Below, piece by piece: positions 8,949 to 18,063 of a stretch of 46,556 bases of DNA; position 1 is the first letter of the stretch, and each line of letters opens with the position of its first letter. The notes below the pieces were generated by a model that saw only the letters and a list, made by a program, of their open reading frames with translations, made no database searches and was not told the DNA's origin. Location of the stretch: assembly GCA_041166225.1 (NCBI GenBank), contig JBEEFT010000060.1:1-46556 (forward strand). The letters are read 5' to 3'. The position numbers and the translations under genes are program-made. This DNA comes from Actinomycetota bacterium. GTDB taxonomy: Bacteria > Actinomycetota > Acidimicrobiia > Acidimicrobiales > JACCXE01.

Positions 8949-10189
8949 GCGTCGCCACCGCCCTCGGTAGCTTCGGCCGGCACCGGCGTTTCCTCGGCGT
9001 TTTCCAGCGCAGCGGTTTCGTCCGACACCGCGTCTTCGACGGCGGCAGGCTCGCTCATCAGCGTTTCGACGGCAGCGTCTTCGACGTCACTCTCCGCAGC
9101 TGCGTACTCGGCCGCCGACACCGTGGCTCCTTCGGCGTCTTTCCACACGAGCTCGCCCGAGTCAGGGTCGGTGACCCATTCGCCCTCGGCCCACTCTTCG
9201 CCCGAGTAACCCGCCTCTTCCTCGGCGATCTGGGTTTCGCTCTTAATGTCGATGCGCCACCCGGTGAGACGCGCCGCGAGACGCGCGTTCTGGCCTTCCT
9301 TGCCGATCGCCAGCGAGAGCTGGAAGTCGTGGACGATGACCGTGGCCGTACCGGTCTCTTCGTCGAGGCGCACTTCTTTCACCTTGGCCGGCTGCAAGGC
9401 GCGCATCACGAACTCTTGCTGGTCCTCGGAGAAGGGGACGATGTCGACTTTTTCACCGCGCAACTCGTTGGTGACCATGCGGACGCGCGCCCCGCGGGCG
9501 CCGACGCACGCGCCGACTGGGTCGACGTTGCTGTCGTTCGACCACACCGCGATCTTCGTGCGGTGACCGGGCTCGCGTGCAGCGGCTTTCAGCTCGACGA
9601 CACCGCCGGCGATCTCGGGCACTTCGAGTTCGAAGAGGCGCTTGATGAGCCCCGGGTGTGTGCGCGACACGACGATCTGCGGGCCTTTGGTCGTCTTGCG
9701 CACCTCGACGATGTACGCCTTGAGACGCGATCCGTGCTCGTAGCGCTCGTAGGGCACCTGCTCGGCCTGGGGCATGAGCGCTTCGACTTTGCCCAGGTCG
9801 AGCAGCGTGTAGCGGTTGTCGCTTTGCTGGATGATGCCGGTGACGATGTCGCCCTCGCGGCCGGCGTACTCCTCGTACTTCTGGTCGCGCTCGGCCTCAC
9901 GGATGCGCTGCAGAACAACCTGCTTGGCGGTTTGCGCGGCGATACGCCCGAAGTCGTCGGGGGTGTCGTCCCACTCGCGGGTGACATTGCCGTCTTCGTC
10001 GAGTTCCTGGCCGTACACCTTGATTTCACCGGTGTCGGGATCGATCGTTACGACCGCTTCCTCCGCCGCGGTATCGAGCCGCTTGTACGCGGCGACCAAC
10101 GCGTTCGCGAGCGCGTCGAGCAGCGTGTCGGTGGAGATGCCCTTCTCCCGGGCCAGTACTTGGAGGGCGTCGAGGAAGTCTGCGTTCAT
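8945..10189 (-). CDS. nusA: Transcription termination/antitermination factor NusA
   Basis: FGRIAAQTAKQV, S1 and KH domains (AREPGHRTKIAV, AIGKEGQNARLAARLTGW); ATGA overlap with rimP. Confidence 0.98.
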   Translation of the reverse strand: MNADFLDALQVLAREKGISTDTLLDALANALVAAYKRLDTAAEEAVVTIDPDTGEIKVYGQELDEDGNVTREWDDTPDDFGRIAAQTAKQVVLQRIREAERDQKYEEYAGREGDIVTGIIQQSDNRYTLLDLGKVEALMPQAEQVPYERYEHGSRLKAYIVEVRKTTKGPQIVVSRTHPGLIKRLFELEVPEIAGGVVELKAAAREPGHRTKIAVWSNDSNVDPVGACVGARGARVRMVTNELRGEKVDIVPFSEDQQEFVMRALQPAKVKEVRLDEETGTATVIVHDFQLSLAIGKEGQNARLAARLTGWRIDIKSETQIAEEEAGYSGEEWAEGEWVTDPDSGELVWKDAEGATVSAAEYAAAESDVEDAAVETLMSEPAAVEDAVSDETAALENAEETPVPAEATEGGGDA

Positions 10190-10695
10190 GCCTTGGCCTT
10201 TGCGTTCGTGGTCTTCTTGGGATGTGGTTTCTTTGGCGCGCCGCCGCTCGGCTTCGGCGTGGGGCCCCACACGAATACGGTGCGGGCCCGTTCGATGTCG
10301 TCGTAGGCGAATCGCCGTCCGCCGACCGTGACTGCGTCGGCGTCTGCGGCTTCCAGCAAACCTTCGTGGCGACGCTCGCCTTCAACCGAAGGCTTCAACT
10401 TCACGTTGACCGTGGCGCCGAGGGCGGACGCGAAATGCGTTGGTGTGCGCAACGTGCGTTCAAGCCCAGGGCTCGACACTTCGAGCAGGTAGCGATCGTC
10501 AGGGATCGGGTCGTGCTCGTCGAGCAGCTCGGAGACGACGTGGTTCGCCTCGGTGAGCGCTTCAAGGTCGATCCCGCCTTCACGATCGACGGTGACGACG
10601 AGTCGCCCTGCGCCGAACTCGACGTCGAACACGTCGATGCCCTTGGCGGCGAGAGCCGGTTCGACCAAATCACGTACTGCGGTGGCTTGATCCAT
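10186..10695 (-). CDS. rimP: Ribosome maturation factor RimP
   Basis: YLLEVSSPGLERTL motif; first gene of the nusA-infB operon; AAAGGAGAG SD before ATG 10695. Confidence 0.95.
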   Translation of the reverse strand: MDQATAVRDLVEPALAAKGIDVFDVEFGAGRLVVTVDREGGIDLEALTEANHVVSELLDEHDPIPDDRYLLEVSSPGLERTLRTPTHFASALGATVNVKLKPSVEGERRHEGLLEAADADAVTVGGRRFAYDDIERARTVFVWGPTPKPSGGAPKKPHPKKTTNAKAKA

Positions 10696-10716
10696 GCCTC
10701 TCTCCTTTCCAATGAG

Positions 10717-10753
10717 CAAACAAAGAGCGTGGCCCCCGAGGGGAGCCACGCTC
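10717..10753 (-). terminator. rimP leader hairpin with U-rich tail (attenuator-like)
   Basis: GAGCGTGGC...GCCACGCTC stem (10725-10753) followed by TTTGTTTG on the minus strand, between the promoter and the rimP SD. Confidence 0.7.
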
Positions 10754-10789
10754 AACCGATTGTCGAACGTTTTGTAACTGCGGCGTTCA

Positions 10790-10795
10790 ATTATA
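10790..10795 (-). promoter_or_regulatory. Sigma70-type -10 box (TATAAT) of the rimP-nusA-infB operon
   Basis: Perfect TATAAT on the minus strand 5 nt after the proS stop; no clear -35. Confidence 0.65.
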
Positions 10796-10800
10796 GCGAC

Positions 10801-12213
10801 TCAGTACGCCCGCGCTACTACCGCCACGAGGTCGCTGACCTGGTCTTTTGGTTCGGGAAGCGACCCGTCAGGCCGCTGGAGGCAACGGATTGACACGCTC
10901 TTGGCGTTCAGCGCCGTCTCACCGGCGTCGTCGGCCAGCGCCCCGGGCACAACGGCGAATCCCGTTTGTGCGGCCTCGATCGCGTCGTCCAGCGACGAAA
11001 CCTCGGCCGTGCCCGCGGCCAGCCTTTTGGCGGCACTCTCGAACAGGCTGGCCTGCGCAGCGCCGAGCGCGTCGGCCACCGCTTTCGCGGCCCCGGCGGT
11101 CGGCACGCTCGTCTTCTCGCCCGTGTCACGTCGTACGACGGTGACGTTTCCTTCGGCGAGATCGCGGGGGCCGATCTCGACGCGCACGGGAATCCCGCGC
11201 AGTTCGTGGTCGGTGCTGCGGCGACCGAACGCGATGTCGGCGCGCCCGTCGAGCTTCGTGCGCACGGCGGCCGCGCGCAGTTCCCCGACGAGCGCACCCG
11301 CGGCGTCGAGGACGCCGTCGCCGTCTTTGACCACGATCACGACGCACTGCGTGGGCGCGATCGCGGGAGGCAGGCGCAATCCGCGGTCGTCGCCGTGGCT
11401 CATGATCAAGCCGCCGAGCAGCCGCGTAGAGACACCCCAACTGGTCTGCCACACGTAGTCGGTGGTGCCTTCCGACGTGGAATACGTGGTGTCGAAGGCG
11501 CGGCCGAAGTTCTGGCCGAGTTCGTGGCTGGTGCCCATCTGCAACGCCTTGCCGTCGACCATCATCGCTTCCATCGTCCACGTGTTGGTCGCCCCCGCGA
11601 ACCGCTCGCGCTCAGTCTTGCGGCCGAGCAGTACGGGGATCGCGAGCACATCGCGCACGGTCTCCGCGTAGACCTCGTGCAGGATCTGCATCGCGAACGC
11701 GTGCGCGTCGCCCTCGCTCGCGTGGCACGTGTGGCCTTCTTGCCACTGGAACTCCGTGCTGCGCAGGAACAAGCGGGGGCGCATTTCCCAACGCACGACG
11801 TTGACCCACTGGTTCAGGAGTAGGGGCAGGTCCCGGTAGCTCTGGATCCACTTCGAGAAGTAGTGGTTGATGATCGTCTCGCTGGTGGGCCGGACGACCA
11901 CGGGCTCGTCAAGCTCCTTGCCGCCGCCGATCGTGACTACGGCGAGCTCGGGGCTGAACCCTTCGACGTGTTCAGCTTCGCGGGAAAGGAACTCCTGCGG
12001 GATGAAGAGCGGGAAGTTGGCGTTGTCCACGCCGGCGCGCTTGATCCGGTCGTCGAGTTCGCGCTGAAGCCGCTCCCAGATCGCCCAGGCGGTAGGCCGG
12101 ATCACCTGGGTGCCGCGCACCGGGCCGTTTTCTGCGAGCTCGGCTTTCGCGATGACGTCTTGGTACCAGCGAGGGAAGTCCTCAGCCTGGGGCGTGAGGA
12201 TTGGTGCGGCCAT
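10801..12213 (-). CDS. proS: Proline--tRNA ligase, archaeal/eukaryote-like type
   Basis: HVEGFSPEL, RPTSET, FLRSTEFQWQEGHT, SWGVSTR, terminal ARAY; no INS editing insertion. Confidence 0.97.
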   Translation of the reverse strand: MAAPILTPQAEDFPRWYQDVIAKAELAENGPVRGTQVIRPTAWAIWERLQRELDDRIKRAGVDNANFPLFIPQEFLSREAEHVEGFSPELAVVTIGGGKELDEPVVVRPTSETIINHYFSKWIQSYRDLPLLLNQWVNVVRWEMRPRLFLRSTEFQWQEGHTCHASEGDAHAFAMQILHEVYAETVRDVLAIPVLLGRKTERERFAGATNTWTMEAMMVDGKALQMGTSHELGQNFGRAFDTTYSTSEGTTDYVWQTSWGVSTRLLGGLIMSHGDDRGLRLPPAIAPTQCVVIVVKDGDGVLDAAGALVGELRAAAVRTKLDGRADIAFGRRSTDHELRGIPVRVEIGPRDLAEGNVTVVRRDTGEKTSVPTAGAAKAVADALGAAQASLFESAAKRLAAGTAEVSSLDDAIEAAQTGFAVVPGALADDAGETALNAKSVSIRCLQRPDGSLPEPKDQVSDLVAVVARAY

Positions 12214-12222
12214 CCGCAGAAA

Positions 12223-13446
12223 CTACTGGCGCTTCTTGATCAGCTCGATTTTCTTTTCGGAGTCGTTGACGTCGGCACCCTGGTCGTCGAGCAGCGCAGC
12301 CCGGTCGCGTTCGGCTTCGCGCGTGGCGACGGCGACATCGGCCTTGGCGATTGCGGCATCGGCGCCGTGCTCGACGATGTACTCGGCCCACTCGACCAGT
12401 GCGTCGACCATCTCGGCTTCGGGCACCACGGCGACGTTGACGCCCTTTACGAAAAGGTGGCCCTTGTTGCGACCCGCTGCGATGCCGATGTCGGCGTCGC
12501 GCGCTTCGCCCGGCCCGTTCACGACGCAGCCCATCACCGCGACCTGCAACGGGATCTCGCGATCGCCGAAGGCGGCTAGCGCTTCGTTGGCGACCTTGTA
12601 GACGTCGATCTCGGCGCGGCCACACGACGGGCACGCGATGAGGTCGACGTTCTTGCGCTCACGCAACCCCATCGCCTCGAGCAACTGGCGGCCGGCGCGG
12701 GCTTCCTCAACCGGATCGGCGGTGAGCGAGTAACGAATCGTGTCGCCGATGCCTTCGGCCAAAAGCGTCGCGATGCCGGCGGTGCCTTTGACCAAACCGG
12801 CGGGCGGCGGCCCGGCTTCGGTGACGCCGAGGTGCAACGGCGCGTCTGTGACGTCGGCGAGTTGGCGATACGCCTCGATCATTAGCGGCACATTGCTGGC
12901 TTTCACCGAGATCTTGACGTCGTGAAAGTCGACCTCGTCGAAGTACCGCATCTCGATCTGCGCCGACTCGACGAGCGCCTCGGGCGTGGCGCCGCCGTGC
13001 TTCTCGTACAACTCTTTGTCGAGCGATCCGGCGTTGACGCCGATGCGGATGGGCACGCCGCGATCCTTCGACTCACGCGCGACGGTCTTGATGTGCTCGG
13101 GGTTTCGGATGTTGCCGGGGTTCAAGCGCAAGCACGCGACGCCGGCATCGAGCGCCGCCAATGCCATCTTGTATTGGTGGTGGATGTCGGCGACGATCGG
13201 CACGGGCGAGCGGGGCACGATCTGGGCCAGCCCTTCGGCGGCCTCGATCTCGTTGCACGTACATCGCACGATGTCGGCGCCCGCCGCGTTCAATGCGTAG
13301 ATCTGCTGGAGCGTGCCCTCGACGTCCGCCGTCTTTGTGATCGTCATCGACTGCACGGTGATCGGCGCATCGCCACCCACCAGCACTCCCCCGACGTTGA
13401 CCTGGCGCGTCTTGCGACGCGGTGCCGCGGTTCCGTCGAAGTTCAC
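12223..13446 (-). CDS. ispG: (E)-4-hydroxy-3-methylbut-2-enyl-diphosphate synthase
   Basis: RLNPGN, IRIGVNAGSL, HLGVTEAG, CPSCGR, VMGCVVNGPGE. Confidence 0.98.
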   Translation of the reverse strand: MNFDGTAAPRRKTRQVNVGGVLVGGDAPITVQSMTITKTADVEGTLQQIYALNAAGADIVRCTCNEIEAAEGLAQIVPRSPVPIVADIHHQYKMALAALDAGVACLRLNPGNIRNPEHIKTVARESKDRGVPIRIGVNAGSLDKELYEKHGGATPEALVESAQIEMRYFDEVDFHDVKISVKASNVPLMIEAYRQLADVTDAPLHLGVTEAGPPPAGLVKGTAGIATLLAEGIGDTIRYSLTADPVEEARAGRQLLEAMGLRERKNVDLIACPSCGRAEIDVYKVANEALAAFGDREIPLQVAVMGCVVNGPGEARDADIGIAAGRNKGHLFVKGVNVAVVPEAEMVDALVEWAEYIVEHGADAAIAKADVAVATREAERDRAALLDDQGADVNDSEKKIELIKKRQ

Positions 13447-13468
13447 GGACCAAGTGTTACAGGGTTGA

Positions 13469-14782
13469 TCAACCCAGCTTGAACGGGTGCATGATGTCGA
13501 GCCACAGCGTGGTCGCGCTGAGCAACACCAGCGCCATGATCACTGCGTAGGCCACCGGCATCAGCTTGGTCATGTCGACGGTGTAGCGCTTGCCCTTGCG
13601 CGATCTGAGTGCTTCGTACGTCGCGACCGCGATGTGACCACCGTCGAAGGGCGGCAGTGGAATCAGATTGAAAATGCCGACGAAGACGTTTATGGCGATG
13701 AGCAATGACAACACGGCTGCGATGCCGTCTTTCGCCGCGGCGTTTGCGACGCGGCCGACCCCGACGGGGCTCAGCAAGCGATTGTTCTCGGCGCTCGGGT
13801 CGGCCGCGCCACGCTTGCTGACCTGACTCGTGTACTTCTCGAGCGACGACTTCGAGAACAGCCCGACCAACGCTCCGGCCGATTCCGTGGTGACGTTCTT
13901 CACTTCGAAGGCGGCGTTCCACACGGCCTTGGGCAGCGGCTCACGGGTGACGGGGATGTAGGGCTGCACGCCGATGCGCCCGACCGAAGTGAACCCCGCC
14001 GCCTTGTCTTCGGGCGAGACGTCGTTCACGGGAGTGACGTCGACGGCGAAGCGCTTCCCATCGCGGTCGATCGTGACCCGCAGCGTGTGGCCCGGCGATG
14101 TGCGGATGAGGTTCATCGCGCGTGTCCACGATGTGATCGGCACGTCGTTGATCGCGAGGACGTGGTCGCCGCGTTTGAGACCGGCTTTGAACGCCGGGCT
14201 CAGAGGACCATTGGGCGTCAGTGTCTTCGCCACGGACTCCAGGCGGTTCGATGCCGGAGTGGTGTCGAGCACCCGGCCCACGCCCGCCAACAGCACCACC
14301 ATCAACACGAACGCGATCAGGAAGTGGACAAACGACCCCGCGGCCGCGAATCGAAGCCGCTGCCAATAGGACTTGGCCCGGTACGTGCGGGGTTCGTCGT
14401 CGGGATCGTCGATCGGGTCGAGGTTGTTCATGCCGATCACGCGCACGAAACCGCCGGCCGGGATCGCTTTGACGCCGAAACGGGTTTCGCCTCGCTTGAC
14501 TGACCACAGCGTGGGACCGAACCCGAGGAAGAAGTCGGTGACCTTCATGTCCGCCCAACGAGCGGTAATGAAGTGACCGAACTCGTGGAGCATGATCATC
14601 GACAGAATCGCCGCGATCACGATCACTGCTCCGCCGATGTGCAATGCGATCGATAGGGCGACGATTAGAGCGATCGTGAGACCGAGGCGAACGAACCCAC
14701 CGGCACCGCCGGCTTCTACGACGTCGTCGTAACCACTGCCCTGGTCCGGAGCCGGGCGCTCACGCGTAGCGGTGGCGGTCAT
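13469..14782 (-). CDS. rip1: RseP/Rip1 site-2 M50 metalloprotease with PDZ domain
   Basis: HEFGH and NLIPLPPFDGG; dxr-rip1-ispG synteny. Confidence 0.93.
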   Translation of the reverse strand: MTATATRERPAPDQGSGYDDVVEAGGAGGFVRLGLTIALIVALSIALHIGGAVIVIAAILSMIMLHEFGHFITARWADMKVTDFFLGFGPTLWSVKRGETRFGVKAIPAGGFVRVIGMNNLDPIDDPDDEPRTYRAKSYWQRLRFAAAGSFVHFLIAFVLMVVLLAGVGRVLDTTPASNRLESVAKTLTPNGPLSPAFKAGLKRGDHVLAINDVPITSWTRAMNLIRTSPGHTLRVTIDRDGKRFAVDVTPVNDVSPEDKAAGFTSVGRIGVQPYIPVTREPLPKAVWNAAFEVKNVTTESAGALVGLFSKSSLEKYTSQVSKRGAADPSAENNRLLSPVGVGRVANAAAKDGIAAVLSLLIAINVFVGIFNLIPLPPFDGGHIAVATYEALRSRKGKRYTVDMTKLMPVAYAVIMALVLLSATTLWLDIMHPFKLG

Positions 14783-15930
14783 CGAGCCACCGCCGAGACC
14801 ACGCGGCGCGCCGCGTCACGCGCAGCAGCATCGGCATCCAGCACGTCGTCGACGGTACCCGGGATTGCGCTCGGCGCGGACGCGACCACCTCTGCGATCA
14901 CCTCGGAGATCGCGGGCCACCCGATCCGGCCGGCGAGAAAGGCTTCGACCGCTACCTCGTTTGCGGCACTCAGCCACGTTGGCGCGACGCCGCCTTTGCG
15001 CCCCGCCTCATAGGCAAGGTTCAGGGCAGGAAACGCGGCGTGGTCGGGCGGCTCGAAGTCGAGTTGCCGGGGTTTTCCCCAGTCGAGCGCGCCGAACGGA
15101 GTGGGAAGACGATCGGGAAAGCCCATGGCGTAACCAATCGGCAGGCGCATGTCCGGATCGGAGAGTTGGGCGACCGACGACCCGTCGCGGAAGGTCACCA
15201 TCGAGTGCACGATCGACTGCGGATGCACGACGACATCGATGTCGTCGTACGAAATGCCGAAAAGCTCATGCGCTTCGATCACTTCGAGGCCTTTGTTCAT
15301 CAGAGTGGACGAGTCCACTGTGATCTTCGGACCCATGGACCAGGTCGGATGAGCAAGCGCGTCGTCGATGGTGGCATCGCGCAGCTCGTCGCGGCTTCGC
15401 CCCCGGAACGGACCACCGCTGGCCGTCAGCACCAGACGGGCAACCTCGGTGGCCGCACCAGCGCGCAGGCATTGGTGAATGGCACCGTGCTCGGAGTCGA
15501 CGGGTACCAACTCCGCCCCCGGTGTCTGGCGGGCTTTGGCGACGACGGGCCCCGCGGCAATCAAGGACTCTTTGTTAGCCAGCGCGAGGCGCTTGCCCGC
15601 CTCAAGGGCGGCGAGGGTGACGGGTAGCCCGGCGAACCCCACGACTGCGTTCAACACCACATCGGCACCCGTGGCGGCTTCGGTGAGGCCTTCGTTGCCG
15701 ACGACAACGCGCACGCCGCTAGGAACGCCGGCGCGCACCGCGTCGGCGGCGGCGGGGTCGCCGATCGCGACGACAGCCGGGCGGTACTTGTTTGCCTGCT
15801 CCAGTAAGACTTCGACGTTGCGACCCGCGCCGAGGGCAACGACGCGGAAGTGATCGGGGTTGACGTCGACGACGTCGAGCGTTTGCGTGCCGATCGAACC
15901 CGTCGACCCGAGGACGGCTACGTCAACCAC
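14779..15930 (-). CDS. dxr: 1-deoxy-D-xylulose-5-phosphate reductoisomerase
   Basis: LGSTGSIG, LANKESL, PVDSEH, HPTWSMGPKITVDS. Confidence 0.98.
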   Translation of the reverse strand: MVDVAVLGSTGSIGTQTLDVVDVNPDHFRVVALGAGRNVEVLLEQANKYRPAVVAIGDPAAADAVRAGVPSGVRVVVGNEGLTEAATGADVVLNAVVGFAGLPVTLAALEAGKRLALANKESLIAAGPVVAKARQTPGAELVPVDSEHGAIHQCLRAGAATEVARLVLTASGGPFRGRSRDELRDATIDDALAHPTWSMGPKITVDSSTLMNKGLEVIEAHELFGISYDDIDVVVHPQSIVHSMVTFRDGSSVAQLSDPDMRLPIGYAMGFPDRLPTPFGALDWGKPRQLDFEPPDHAAFPALNLAYEAGRKGGVAPTWLSAANEVAVEAFLAGRIGWPAISEVIAEVVASAPSAIPGTVDDVLDADAAARDAARRVVSAVAR

Positions 15931-15937
15931 AGACGCC

Positions 15938-17452
15938 TTAGTAGAGGACGCGCAGCAGGTAATAGGTAGCGGGGAGCACGAACAGCATCGCGTCGAAGCG
16001 GTCGAGCACTCCCCCGTGACCAGGCAGCAAGTTGCCCATGTCTTTGATGCCCAGGTCGCGCTTGATCATCGACTCGGCGAGGTCGCCGAGCGGCGCGACG
16101 ACTGAGACGACGATCGCGAGCCACAAGAGCTTGCCGCCGTCGAGCGGGTGCAAATGGTGCACGAAGCGCAGAAGGATCTCGGTGGCGAGAATTGAACACA
16201 CCGCGCCGCCGACGAGGCCCTCGATCGTTTTGTTCGGGCTGATCTCAGGAGCCAAGGGCTTGCTGCCCATACGGCTGCCGACGAAGAACGCCCCGATGTC
16301 GTTGGCGACGGTTGCGACCACCGCCGCGAGGATGAACGCGACGCCGGTGTGGCCGTGCTTGTCGACGCCGAGCAGCAACGCGGCGTAGCTGCCCAGCACT
16401 CCCGTCCACAAAAAGGCCATCAGGGTGGCAGCAACGTTGACCGTGGGCCGCGCGTGAACGACGCGTATGAGGTACCACGCGAACGTCCCCCCGAACACAA
16501 GCACGATCGCCAGGGGCAGGGCCGTCTCACCTTTTTGATAGGCCGCAATCATCAGCGCGAGCGTTCCGATGAGCCCGACGAGGGTTGCGGGCTGATAACC
16601 GGCACGGCGCAAAACGTCGTAGAGCTCGGCGCTCGCCATCACGACCACTGCAGTAGCGAGCAGCATCGCCCACGCCGGGCCGAGCCAGAACAGGAAGAGT
16701 GCAGCGACCGCGAGCCCCGCGCCGAGCACTACCGCAGACTGCATGTCTCGCGGCGCAGTAGTAGCACTACGGCGCGGGCCGGCCCCCACGGGCCGCGCCG
16801 GCCGGGGCGCGCGGGGCCGAGGTGGACGTGCGGTGACCGACGCGGTCGAGCCCGTCGGGTGCAGCGGGATGGGCGCAATCTCCTCGGCGTCGGCGCCGCC
16901 GAAAGTGAACTCGTCGTCGATGGCCTCGGGCTCGTCGAAGGAGAAGATCGACGTGCGGCTCTCGTCGAGGGCGCCCAGCGGTGGCTCGCTACCGGCCAAA
17001 ACCGACGCGTCGTCGAAACCGGCGTCGTCCCAGACATCGTGCTGGTCGCGCCATCGAGGCGCGCCACCCGACAGGGCCGACCAGGCGGCGAGGTCGTCTT
17101 CGGGCTCGTCGTCGTCGGACACGTCGAGGTCGGACTCTCCAAACCGGCCGCTCAGCACCGCCGGCACCTCGCCCGTGGCGGGTTCGGTCCAGTGCGGCAA
17201 GTTCGGCGGCGCCGCGGCGGGGACCGGCGGCATCGACGGCTCGGGGTCGTCGAAGGAGAACAAGCTCTGGTCGTCGGCCACTGGCGCCCGGACGCGCGAC
17301 TCGAAGGGCAGCGGCTCGTTCGGTGCCTCGCCTTCGGGCTGTTGCGCGTTCACAGCGGCGGCGGCCTCTTCGGCACCGAGGATCCGCACGCCCTCCGCGC
17401 GGGGTCGGGTGGGCTCCAACTCTTCTTCGTGGTCGCTATCCCACTCGTCCAT
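15938..17452 (-). CDS. cdsA: Phosphatidate cytidylyltransferase with long acidic N-terminal extension
   Basis: SPNKTIEG, GDLAESMIKRDLGIKDMGNLLPGHGGVLDRFD; lies after frr. Confidence 0.95.
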   Translation of the reverse strand: MDEWDSDHEEELEPTRPRAEGVRILGAEEAAAAVNAQQPEGEAPNEPLPFESRVRAPVADDQSLFSFDDPEPSMPPVPAAAPPNLPHWTEPATGEVPAVLSGRFGESDLDVSDDDEPEDDLAAWSALSGGAPRWRDQHDVWDDAGFDDASVLAGSEPPLGALDESRTSIFSFDEPEAIDDEFTFGGADAEEIAPIPLHPTGSTASVTARPPRPRAPRPARPVGAGPRRSATTAPRDMQSAVVLGAGLAVAALFLFWLGPAWAMLLATAVVVMASAELYDVLRRAGYQPATLVGLIGTLALMIAAYQKGETALPLAIVLVFGGTFAWYLIRVVHARPTVNVAATLMAFLWTGVLGSYAALLLGVDKHGHTGVAFILAAVVATVANDIGAFFVGSRMGSKPLAPEISPNKTIEGLVGGAVCSILATEILLRFVHHLHPLDGGKLLWLAIVVSVVAPLGDLAESMIKRDLGIKDMGNLLPGHGGVLDRFDAMLFVLPATYYLLRVLY

Positions 17453-17487
17453 CGGTCCCCCTAAAGGTTTTCATGATCGGGCCTGAT

Positions 17488-18063
17488 TCAGACCTCGAGC
17501 AGCTCCTGTTCCTTGTGTTGGAGCAGACGATCGATGTCGGCGACCGCTTGTTGAGTGATCTTCTCGAGGTCCTTCTCGGCTCGGTCGAGTTCGTCGGACG
17601 TGATGTCACCGTCTTTCTCGAGCGCCTCGAGATCCTTCCGCGCTGCGCGGCGCGCGTTACGCACGACCACGCGGGCGTCTTCAGCCTTGGCATGAACCAA
17701 TTTGACCATCTCGCGGCGGCGATCCTGGGTCAATTCGGGGAACGAGATTCGGATGACCGATCCGTCGCTGTTCGGCTGGAGGCCGAGCGGCGAGTTCAGG
17801 ATGGCCTTCTCGATGTCTTTGATCGCACTCTTGTCGAAGGGCGAAATCACGAGCAGCCGGGCTTCGGGGACGGAGAAGGACGCAAGCTGTTGCAGCGGCG
17901 TCGGGGTGCCGTAGTACTCGGCCTGCAGGTTCTCGACGAGTGTGGGCGACGCCCGCCCGGTACGGACGGTGGCGAAGTCGTGGTTGGCGTGGGCCGTGGC
18001 GGTGGCCATCTTCTCGCGGCACTCGGCCAGCGTCATCCCAACTAAGGAGTCATCGTCAACCAT
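17488..18063 (-). CDS. frr: Ribosome recycling factor
   Basis: VRTGRA, YYGTPTPL, PELTQDRR. Confidence 0.98.
   Translation of the reverse strand: MVDDDSLVGMTLAECREKMATATAHANHDFATVRTGRASPTLVENLQAEYYGTPTPLQQLASFSVPEARLLVISPFDKSAIKDIEKAILNSPLGLQPNSDGSVIRISFPELTQDRRREMVKLVHAKAEDARVVVRNARRAARKDLEALEKDGDITSDELDRAEKDLEKITQQAVADIDRLLQHKEQELLEV

Noticed and set aside
8749-8958. ORF-track 69-aa ORF between nusA and infB
   Set aside because: Wrong frame; the YlxR motifs are in the 8691-8948 frame.
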